Shown here piece by piece: positions 50,685-61,333 of a stretch of 64,000 nucleotides of DNA. The notes below the pieces were generated by a model. That model was not told the DNA's origin. It saw nothing but the letters and a program-made list of their open reading frames with translations, and did no database searches. Source of the stretch: Neolecta irregularis DAH-3 (taxonomy: Eukaryota); the NCBI GenBank assembly GCA_001929475.1, contig LXFE01000243.1, positions 1 to 64,000 on the forward strand. The letters run 5' to 3'. The translations under genes and the position numbers were made by a program. Each line of letters begins with the position of its first letter. The stretch's first letter is position 1.

Positions 50685-52179
50685 ATGTGCTCGCTCAAAC
50701 ATCAACCGGTACCTGAGAAGAAGGTATCGAATCGCAGAAACATCTCTGCAAAGGCAGTTACTAGGTGAGGATTAATTCATCTCTTGAGGCTAATCAATTA
50801 GAATCGTCTTCGTTGCATTAATTCTTGATCTCTTGGCATTCACTCTTATTCTTCCATTGGTACATCTCTACATTTTGTGATCTGTTCAGAAATTAGTTTC
50901 CACGGATGATTGAATACTACCTCGTTCAAGAACTTTCACATCCATCGATACTGAGCGAAATCCTTAAATTTCTAAACTCTCTTAAACCCTCTTCTTTACA
51001 ACACGAGAAATGGGATACGGTGTTACTTGGAGGAGTAGTTGGAAGTCTTTTCTCGTTGCTGCAATGCGTTGCGAGCCCGATCATTGGGTCATTAAGTGAC
51101 CGAGGTGGCCGAAGACGAACATTATTACTGACAATGGTAAGCGTTCTCCATGATTCGATAGCGTTGACACCAAGTTTGGGAATATTCTGAGTTGTTCATT
51201 ATGGCTGTTTGCATCGAACTTTTATATATTTCTCGCGTCTCGAATCGTCGGTGGCTTAAGTGAAGGAAACGTACAATTAAGTATTGCAATTATCTCTGAT
51301 ATAACAACATCGGACACGCGTTCTAGAGGCCTTGTTCGTATTTTCCTGACTGTTGTTAATATTTAGGCTATGGTTGGTATAGCCTTTGCTATTTCGTTCA
51401 CAATTGGACCAGCTCTTGGAGCATACTTTGCTCACTTTCAAGCTGATTCGTTGCCAACTCCATTTGCCTGCTCAGCGTTGATTGCACTCGGTTTGCTGAT
51501 CATTGAGACGCTTTTCATTGCCTACGCATTACCAGAAACGATGCCAAAGTCCCAAGAAATCAAGCAGCAGACTGCTGTCTCAGAATCCCAAACTTTAGAG
51601 CTCGAGAAGCTTGGATGGATTCATTTCGGTCATCTCTTGTTCTTCTCGGGATTAGAGTTCTCGCTTACGGCATACTCGCTTATTATCATATACTAATTCA
51701 AACAGTTCCTAACCTTTGACTTGTTTTCTTATACTTCAGCTCAAAATGGAAAGTTACTGGGCTTCATCGGTCTTTTTAGTACTCTCATTCAAGGATTTCT
51801 GCGCCGCACTGCAATCACAGATAAAACTCTTGTTTATACAGGTCTTTTTTCGTGTTTCTTCTCATTTATCCTTCTTTCGTTGACGAAATCCGAGACAACA
51901 CTCTATCTCTCTGCCTCACTTCTTGCGATCGTTAGTGCAACCGTGGTCAATAATCTAAATAGTCTTGCAAGTAAAATGGCTGATGTTGAACGACGCGGGA
52001 AAGAAATGGGAGGATTTCGGGCTATGGGGCAATTCGGACGAGCGCTTGGGCCAATCTTATGTTGTGGAATTTACTGGAGGATCGGAAAGGAAGGTGCATA
52101 TCTTTTGGGTGCAGTGGGTTTGGCATTTGTGATTGCGGGATTATGGACTTTAGATGTGAAAAAGTCCAAGATTCCTTGA
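50685..52179 (+). CDS. MFS transporter, MFSD10/tetracycline-efflux-like
   Basis: LILDLLAFTLILPL, VLLGGVVGSLFSLLQ, GSLSDRGGRRR, GGLSEGNVQ, FTIGPALG, FRAMGQFGRALGP. Confidence 0.9.
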
Positions 52180-52791
52180 GAAACAGTACGTTTTAATTAA
52201 GTTGACCGATGTTGTTTTTTAAATTTGGTTATTATTACACCATGAAGTTCTTCAAGTCTGACGAATACTCTTTGATACTTTCTACTAATTCCATGATGGC
52301 AGATCTTCCATATCATGAAAACAAGGGCTCCTTTTGTTCAAATTTTCAGTTTCTGAGTTCTCTCGTGCTTAATACAGGTTGAGAATGTTGAAACCTGACT
52401 GCTTTGGGGACCCTGGCAGTCAAATACAAATTTTTAATGCTAACCTTTTGCATCTTTTTGGAAAGAATGCTCCTGATGAGCATATTTTTCTGACAGGTAT
52501 TGCCATCAACCTTGTCTTACAATTGAAGGACAAATATAAGATAAAAAGACAATTCTAAATAACGAAGTAAGTAGTATTTCGTATAATTACCACTGCACCA
52601 ACATTCAGAGCCATAAAATGATCTAAAAGATTTGCCAGTTCTACAAACATCATGTTATAATGCAGATATACTCGAAAACTTCCCTCGCTTCGTTTCGTCA
52701 TAATGACCAAAAACCCCACAAAAACTTACAAATTTGAAAAAAGAGATGGAAAACTATGTCCATTGAAAAACCCCGATGTTTGCCTTACCCA

Positions 52792-55700
52792 TCATACCTT
52801 CCCAGTCTTGTCCATGTTCATACCAACACCCTTATCCTGACCGGAAATCCGTGCAAGTACAACTTTCATCTTTTCTAGTAATTCAGGAATACGGTATGGT
52901 TTTGTCACAAAATCATCCATTCCAGCAGCGATCATTTTATCGATTTGTTCTTTTCGAGCGTTGGCACTTACCGCGATTGCAGGTACATGACCGCAAAGTT
53001 CACCTTTTTGTTCCATTTCGCGAATCTTACGGACGCATGTTATTCCATCCATGACCTTTTTGGTCAACTCTAAATAAAGAAAGGACAAAGTTTTACCGGC
53101 ATTTCTACGTCAACAAGACAGATATCCAGAGGAAAAGCATCGTCCAGGGCACTACTCCGGAATTTAGACTTTGCGATTTGTTCGAGTGCCTCTTGGCCAT
53201 GATTGGCAACGTATGTTGTCCATCCGATTTGATTCAACTGTTTTCGAAGAATCCGCTGATTAATTACATTGTCTTCGACAATCAACACGTGTAGGTCTGA
53301 CAAGTTTAAAAGAGTGAAATTGTAGCTCGATTGATTTAATTGAAATGCATCCACTAATTTTGGCGAAGTTGAGACTACCGGTAATGAATTCATCGATTTA
53401 TCATCTGGGTTTGATCCACGTTGTGCCACGATATAGAAAGCAAAAGTCGATCCTTGACCTTCTACGGAAGATACTGTAATCTCGCCACCTTGAAGTTCAA
53501 CCAATTTCCGGCATATAAAGAGGCCTAAATATTAGGCGTACTGAGATTTCAAATATACCAAGTCCACTACCACCATACTTGACATGAGTCTTTGGGGTAG
53601 CTTGCATAAATCTTTGGAAAAGGATTGCCCGTTCGCCCTCTTTAAGTCCAGACCCTGTATCCGTGACCGAAAAAATTAAATATATCGGGTTCTCGACTAG
53701 TATAGTGCATTGGTTGATCGTCGAATCCGGAAGTGAAGGTCGTTCGGTTGATGCGCTAATGTTGAGTTTGATTAGCCTATGTGGTCTCTTATCCGTGAAT
53801 TCTAAATAAATAAGTTCATAAAACTATAAGGAAATTGTACTTATGGCGTTTGTAAACAAATTGATGAGAACCTGATTGAATCGACTAGGGTCAGCTTTTA
53901 CCCAACAGATACCTAATTCAGTATAACTTTTGTCAAAATCCAACTCAGATGCGATTTGCTTCGACTGTAATTCTGCCTCAAACATCTTCAATACCCCTTC
54001 CACACATTCCTTTAGCTGGAAATCGACAGGTGTAACTAACAATAAATTTGAATCGACTTTAGATAGCGTCAATATATCATTGGTAATTCGTCTCATATGT
54101 GTTGTGCAAAGAACTATTGTTTTCATATCTAAAATATTTTCGTTGACTTTCCGAGCGATATCGATTGAAGAGAAAGATTTACGAGAAGATACCATTTGTA
54201 AAAGATTGTGTAGGCTCTCAACGACAAAATCGACCGTCTGTATGATGGCACCGAGAGGATTTCTCATTTCATGGGAAGTCATGTCGATAAAATATTCCTG
54301 TTGCCGTTTCCGTTCAATTCTTGATGTCAGAAGGAGGCACATGGATGAAATCTTACGCTTCTTCAGCCCTCTTTTGTTGATATTTTTCTGAGTTTTTTCG
54401 TTCAGATACGTTCATTATACAACCGGTAACTCCTATTATTTGACCATGATGGTCATATTCAGGTGCTGAAGAAGCGATTGTCCATCGTTCTTTACCTTGG
54501 TATGGGGTCTTCCAACGATATTCTAGCCTTCTAAATTTTCGTGATTAGTATGCTTTGGAAGAAACGAACTGCTGCTCTCCACGGAAACACTTTTCCCAAC
54601 TTGACTTTACTAGCTTCAAATCATCCGGATGTATGCTGTCCATCCATTCTGTTAATGGCTGGGATTTTGGGTTGCCAGAAATTTCCGACCACGCTTGGTT
54701 GACGTAAGATAATGCTCCTGATGAATCGGCTATGTATATTCCAGCAGGACAAATCTCTGCCATGCGAGTGAACTTCATTTCTGATTGCTTCAACTCTTTT
54801 GTTGTTTGAGCTAGCTGCCTTTGCAACTCGATGCCATTTTGACGACTGAGTTCAGTAATTTCGTTGACTCTTAGGGATAAGACTGATGATTTAGCGGGAA
54901 GGGCATACCGTTTGACATCTTCTTCGAAGAGTTGTACTCGACCCATTCCAGTTGCCAGTTGTCGTGACAATAACTCTAGAAAGATTTGATAAACTTCATC
55001 AAAAGGACGTCGAGGATTCAAGCCCATCATCAACATGCCGCTTGGCCGATCGCCTTCATTTGCAAATATTGGGTATATGACAGCTCGTTGAACCGGAATA
55101 TCCCACCCTCTCCTACATTGATCCGACCCAGCACAGAATTCCTCAACGTTTTCGAATAAAACATAAGAAATGGATTTGTGTGCGGTGATGTAGTATTCTG
55201 CAAGAGGGGATGAAGCATCTATAAGATAGGGTATCAAATTATGGTTAGAGGGAAGTCCTATCGATGCACTGAGGACAAAACTGAGTTGCTGGATTTTATA
55301 GATACAGGCGAAAGGGATATCGTAAGGATTGGAAAGCAACGATTCAAGCGCTACCTGATAAAAGTTATCGGCTTCCTGGGCGGTGGCTAGAGGATCACTA
55401 ATGGACTCGCACTCGATATACCTGCCATCTGCCCGAGATTTCTCAGTGTTTGAATATGGCGTTCTGCGATTACTCGCTTTGTACTATCGAAAGCAGGGTT
55501 CAATAGCCCGCCGACTTTTCCGTCTGGATGCAAGACGGGAACAAGGCTCCATGAAAAATAGCATTCTTCGAGGAACCCGTGACGATTTATGAAGAGGAGA
55601 TCGTCGTCTTTGGTAGAAGGTTTGGCGTTGTAGAATGCATTTTCCATTGTCTCTTCCATAAGTTGCCAGATCTGCAGGGCTATCAGCACTAGACGTCTCG

Positions 55701-56314
55701 TATGGCTAGGCTACCTCTGGCCAGCCCTCGCGATAGAGCTTCCCTAGAAGGGATGGGTGTTTTTGGGCTGTTAATTCAGTGTATGGCTTGTTGTACAGGA
55801 TGACAAGGTCTTCTCCCCAGTACAAAGCGGTTGGAAAGGGACAGGCGAGGACGAAGCTGCATATTGTTCTGAGGGCAATAGGCCACTCGCTGGGATCACC
55901 TATGGAGGTATTTGCCCAGTCCACGCTTTCCAGCAGCTTTATGTGGTTTTGGAATGCCTGCGACTGCTTATGGAGGTTCACTACGCTGGGGAACCCTGTG
56001 CTCTCCGCGGGTTGGGTTTCGCCAGTGACGATGCTCGAGCCGCGCACCAGCGTCTTTGTCCACCGAATCTGCGAGTGATGAGCAGCGAATAGCCCTGCAG
56101 GCGTGGAATAGTGCACTGGCGACATTTTGTCGAACAGGAAATGTGCAAACGGGTCTGACAGCGCGACCAACGAAAATATGCAGGATGCGCCCAGATATTC
56201 TTTGAACCGCGGGTTCGAATATGCCGTGCGCTTAGTCGTGCCGCACACAACCAGCGCAGGCACCGGAAGTGCATCCAGATATTCGACCAGCAGCAGATCG
56301 CAAGGCCCGTGCAT
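52792..56314 (-). CDS. Hybrid sensor histidine kinase (PAS/GAF-HisKA-HATPase-receiver)
   Basis: VDWANTSIGDPSEWP, FIDMTSHEMRNPL (H box), QVLINLFTNA, DTGSG, GGSGLG, VLIVEDN, DVEMP, DDFVTKP. Confidence 0.95.
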
Positions 56315-56505
56315 TTGCAGGACTGGCGCTAGAAAAAAGAATTTTTTTATTGCGGCTTAGAAAGGATGGCAGAAGGCAAAAGGGCGATTCGGATTTCGGT
56401 TTCCTCGGGTTCGGCGCGACCCCGGCGGGTGATTATAGGGTAGGGGCAGCGCCACTCCCAAACCTCGAGGTGCGCCCTTTGATCCAAACCATTCCACACA
56501 AACGC

Positions 56506-57440
56506 ATGAATCCGCCATTTATTCTCAAAGGCATCCCCGCATTCCAGGGCCTCGAGCGTTTTTTTGCAATGCCCTCGAAAATCCGCACACCTGCTTTTAG
56601 CCTCCGCGTCCGCTTTCGCGACCCCAGCGACAAAAATCCCGTTCGAGTCTTGGTTGTCGCCAGCAAGAAACAGATTTCAAACAGTGCTGTTGTCAGAAAT
56701 CGTGTGCGGAGGAGGATAATGGAGGCCGTACGAGTCTCCCTCAGAGAAACAAACCTCTCTTTTGTCTTTGGTGTGCCATCCATCTTCGTCCCTCTCGTTG
56801 ACCCGCAAAAGACTCTCCACGTGATCTTTTCTTCATCTCGCTCGTTGAAGTGTATTCCATGGAGTGGACTGCTCTGCTTCACTATGTCAGAAATGCAATC
56901 GTCCAGACGGAGACGCAAAATCCCAACCTCACAAGACGTGTGACGTTGCCTAGCCGTGTAACGTCGCGCAACCAAAAGCCCGTGCCAAAAGGACAGGAAT
57001 CTCTGAATAAAAGTCCAGTAAAACACAGATCAGAGTCGATAGACTATGTCATGACAAACTGGGCTAAACCGTTCTCCTCATATTTTTCCAACAAACCAGA
57101 AAAATTTAAACCTCGTTCTCCAGGCGACTTTAATTGTACTAAAAGAGACCGGAATTGTACAAATCCATCTCCGGAGCCACCTCAAAGATACGAGAATACG
57201 GAAAAACAGATCTCCAGGTCATCACCAGGAAAAGAAAGATCACCACCTAAACAAACAGAGACACTGCAATGGTCCAATTTTTCTCGTTCAAGTAACACAA
57301 GAGATCAAAACGATAGCCATATAAGAAACCTCGACTCACTGTCTCCGCACTGGGAACAGCCTTCCTGGTCATGCAAAGGTCCAGAAAATATCATGAACAT
57401 CCTCAAAAGAGGAACAAGGTCACAAGGAAGAAGAGACTAG
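56506..57440 (+). CDS. rnpA: Bacterial-type ribonuclease P protein (RnpA-like) with a long C-terminal extension
   Basis: VRVLVVASKKQISNSAVVRNRVRRRIMEAVR is the RnpA RNR motif; a 41-nt GT-AG intron (56771-56811) supplies DLFFISLVEVYSMEWTALLHYVRNAI (last strand and helix); 297 aa in total. Confidence 0.78.
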
Positions 57441-57879
57441 ACTTAGCAAGATCTTGTCTCGTTCCCCAATCAAGGGTTGGAAAAATTGACATCTTGCTCA
57501 TTATTTATCTACTGGTATAAAAGCGAAATTCTGGCGTTTACCGCCACATCAACCAAACAGCATGTGGGGACTTAATAATGTCCCATGATCAGACAGCACC
57601 GGCACTCCTCATCGCAAACCACCATGACTCACCCAGCGATTCAAGGCTCACTGACGTCAATGCTGATCAAAACTGTCTGACTGTGGCAAACAGTACCACC
57701 GAGTCAATTCAGGACGGTCACAAGCTTCGCCACTCGAGAGGTATGCAGGGAGGCAAACAGAGATGAGGAAGCGCATGTGCCAGTTCTTCTATCAAGCCAG
57801 GCCAAACCGGAGCAAGAATATACGTAGTTGTCTTTATTTCCTGAATCGCGATCGTATATTCCCAGCGAAGCCTCCTGGG

Positions 57880-58880
57880 AGGCAAGTCCGGACACCCAAC
57901 TCTCCCACAGCAGTCTGTTTTTTTGCATGAAATTACCCTCACAACAACATGCAGCAGTATCAAGCGAGATAATTTCAAAACTTTGCTACTAGTAACTCGC
58001 AAGGAACTCCCAGTGTAAGGATATACCCAATCGGTATACCTAACCAATACAGTAATCAGGCGTTGGTAGAATATGAAGCGGAGTTCGTAGTGATACCTAT
58101 CCTGACTCACAACATTTAGACTAGAAATATATCCTGGTCTTATTTGTAATTTCTGGCGATAAGCTTACACCCAGTTCCAGAAATCCCTCTCTTCACCATG
58201 GAATTGCAAAAAACAGTAAAGATGCAAAATATCTATACGTTGGTGTTCGTGATCTGGAAAAGCCAGGTCAATGTCTAATATTTACACCGAATATGTTGTG
58301 CTTGTCCTTCAAAGACTCTTTCAGCGCGGTTAAGCGGTAGGCCAATTATCCTTTTTTGTGGTTCCGATGAATGTTAAAACGTCCACTAGAATCTCTATTC
58401 TAAAGCACTCAAATTAGGCATTCTGGGATGTAAGCTTTCTCCTACTTATATATCCCATAGTCAAGATCCGAAGCCGAGCTTATTCACGCAGAGAATTCCA
58501 GGAGTGGAAATACCTGCTCATAACCAAAGACCCGCCGATACCCCGGGAATAAACCAGTCGCAGATGTCGTCGAATTGATATTTGGCGCAGCTTACCTTAG
58601 CGGTGCAGTTGAAGAAGGTTTTCATGTTGCGTAAGTGTTTGGGTTATCAGTGTCTGGTGCTGGTAATTTTGAGTATCTTGGCGAAACAGCTGGCATTATA
58701 TCCTTATGGTAATTTAATCGGATACTTTGTAGTTAACGCGACAAGGAATACGTCAACTAATGTAGGCAAGACTTGAGCTCGGTGATGATACTTGAACTCT
58801 AGCCATATTTCTCTTTCATAACCCAAACTATTCAAATGCCCAGAAGTAGGCCTACGATATACAAACGTTCCCTATTCTAA
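57880..58880 (+). pseudogene. Dicer-like pseudogene (platform, RNase IIIa and IIIb remnants)
   Basis: Ordered fragments KTLLLVTRKELP, NLYSKALKLGILG..IRSRAYSRRE, GNKPVADVVELIFGAAYLSG, RLE-LGD..ILE, interrupted by stops, frameshifts and deletions. Confidence 0.65.
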
Positions 58881-58963
58881 AATAAATTATTCCTACAAAA
58901 AGAAACTTGCCAGCAGCAGGCTTGAAAGTTTTACAAGTGACGTCCATTCTGTCTCTTAGAGGA

Positions 58964-60538
58964 CTAATGAATCAAAAACCTAAACGCAGGGTCCTTCAAT
59001 GCAAAGTGCCATTTGAGAGCATCCAGAGTCGGATCAAATTTTATTGCTTGACCCAGTCCCTTTATGTCAATATAAAAGAACTCTTCGTCATTTCGATAAT
59101 ATTTAGCAGGTAATTTGTATCGACCATGACTTGGGCAATTGAGGCATTGAGAAATTCGATATTTCATAAGTGCCTTTTGCATTTGTGAATCATATCCAAA
59201 GTCCGAGGGATAAAGCATGTCGACCTCGATCCATTCCATCTTCGGACAATGATAAGCTAGCAAGATGAAAACTTCGATGTCGAAATGAAATGGCCCTGTC
59301 GAAAGATTCTCAAGCTTTGTACAACCAATAAGAGATTTCAAGGATTTTGCCTGAAAAAAACTCTCTTGACTATTGAAAGAGACCGCTTTGAGATCTTCCA
59401 ACTCTCCGAGGCGGTTGATCCAAACTTCCGGGAAGTCGAAATACGGGCCGCACATGATTTCGATGATTTCGATACCGTTATTGGCATGAAGTAGAGAATG
59501 ACAGAGATTCTCAGCACTGTCTATTGCGCCGACTGTGAATTTACGAAGATTTGAATGAGTTATCACCCACGGGATTTCCCGAGTGGCCTCTGATAATATG
59601 CAGGAATAAATTTGAAAAGTCTGCAGGCATGGTAGCTGCAACAATGTCTCACGAATATCGGAAGGAAACGTAATACTAAACAAGGAAAGCTCTTTGAGAG
59701 TATTTGCAACGCTCTTTAGTTCTGGGAGGTGAAGACGACGATCGAAATCATGCATGTCTCGACCGAGATGTAACTCCATCAACGACGACGAGGTAGTAAT
59801 CTCCCTAGTATCTTCATCATCCTGGCTCCACCAGACCCTTGCTATTTTCAAATTTTCTGAATTTTGAATAAAGAGCTCGATCCGGGCTTCCGGATATTCA
59901 ATGTCGATTGAGATGACCTTCTTCGTAAGGCAACCTAGAAACGACCAAAGTGCTTGTCTTCCGGCAGGTGTATTGAGTGGATGCCCTGATATTGTTGTCC
60001 AATGCCCAGAAGAGTGAGAAGCCTTCATAACGAGTTTCACGGTCTTTATATTGGAATTGGATATATAGGACGCAAGGTTTTGCCATTCGACGAAACTGCG
60101 ATTATAAAAAGGTCTATGCATATATCGAGCAGACCACAGTAGTTCTAGATCGATGTGAGTGATTCTTGGCAAACTTCGTAGTAACTGGATAGCTTCGAAA
60201 GTTGATTCGGTAGTAGGGAGTCCAAAATCATGAAAATAGGATAACGCGATTCTATTGACATAGGTTTCGATGTCCGACCTGTTTGCGAGCTTCCGAAGAT
60301 TCAAAATGTGACGGTGATTGTGCAGACCTCTGTGCATATAGTCATGTGTGGGCCTCCTGAAATGACGAGAGATATCTGCCCAAAATACGCGCTTGGTGAG
60401 ATAGTGCCATTCTCTGCAGACAAGACGAACTGAGCATACGTCAAGGAGATCGACGCTCTCCAGGATAGTGCATTTCAATTCGACTGGCAGTTTGGCGAAT
60501 GATAAGTTGTCTTCGATAATTCCATGATTACTGCACAT
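58964..60538 (-). CDS. F-box protein with LRR-like C-terminus (intronless)
   Basis: FAKLPVELKCTILESVDLLDVCSVRLVCREW F-box; LxxLxL repeats; 524 aa. Confidence 0.85.
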   Translation of the reverse strand: MCSNHGIIEDNLSFAKLPVELKCTILESVDLLDVCSVRLVCREWHYLTKRVFWADISRHFRRPTHDYMHRGLHNHRHILNLRKLANRSDIETYVNRIALSYFHDFGLPTTESTFEAIQLLRSLPRITHIDLELLWSARYMHRPFYNRSFVEWQNLASYISNSNIKTVKLVMKASHSSGHWTTISGHPLNTPAGRQALWSFLGCLTKKVISIDIEYPEARIELFIQNSENLKIARVWWSQDDEDTREITTSSSLMELHLGRDMHDFDRRLHLPELKSVANTLKELSLFSITFPSDIRETLLQLPCLQTFQIYSCILSEATREIPWVITHSNLRKFTVGAIDSAENLCHSLLHANNGIEIIEIMCGPYFDFPEVWINRLGELEDLKAVSFNSQESFFQAKSLKSLIGCTKLENLSTGPFHFDIEVFILLAYHCPKMEWIEVDMLYPSDFGYDSQMQKALMKYRISQCLNCPSHGRYKLPAKYYRNDEEFFYIDIKGLGQAIKFDPTLDALKWHFALKDPAFRFLIH

Positions 60539-60735
60539 GACATCCAGTTCGTGTGTCGAACTTAGCGGGTTGGCCCCGTGAGAATAGCTGGAGCTGAGGA
60601 ACGAGGTGGTGGGTGCCGTCGGAAGTCAAACTCATGTTGTTATATTAGGACCCTGATAGTGCGTAGGGACTTTCGCAGCCACAAATCTTGCCGGAGTTCC
60701 GTCCCGAGAATTGCTTAGGAATGCGCCAAGCCAAC

Positions 60736-60929
60736 TGTAAGGATATGCCCTTTGGGTATATATTACCAATACGGCAAGGTGGCTTGGCGGGAAGTATATA
60801 GAGGCGGAAGTTAGATATTCCTAGCCAATTACGAATACTTAGGCTAGGTATGTCCCTTTGTAAGAAGTACGAATACTTAGGCTAGTTATAACACTTGGTC
60901 TTATCGTACTTCTAAGCGCATAGCTTACA
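60736..60929. mobile_element. Solo LTR (194 bp)
   Basis: TGTAAG...CTTACA termini; 5-bp TSD CCAAC (60731-35, 60930-34); internal TATA and duplicated tacgaatacttaggctag. Confidence 0.85.
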
Positions 60930-61333
60930 CCAACTATCTAAGCACCTTGCACATCAAGTACCCAGCACTACTAGAATACTTCCAACCACGTTCAAGTCGG
61001 GAATCATTGCACTTATATCAGTTTAATGGATTTATTTCTTACTATATCATTGCATTCCCCATTGGGATAGCACTCGCTTTCATGGCAGGAGTTAATAACT
61101 TCTGAGTACTTGGATTAACGAGGAAGGTGGGGATTGTACGGATTATCAGGTGGATTCGCTTTGGCTCTAACATTGTAAGTCACTCAAACCTCCAATGGTT
61201 GATCTCTTCAGAGTTGCAACAGCAAAAGTATTTGTAATAAGCCGTACAAAATGGGGAGCCCTAGTACGTAAAGTTGAAGATCGTTCGCGAGAAAGCGAAG
61301 AAAATGGAGATTTAGAAAGACCAGCTGAGCTGA

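Noticed and set aside
1-60538. Apparent cluster of cullin-RING/NEDD8 genes (DDB1, DCN1, BTB, ULA1, F-boxes)
   Set aside because: Spread over 60 kb among unrelated genes; likely coincidence.
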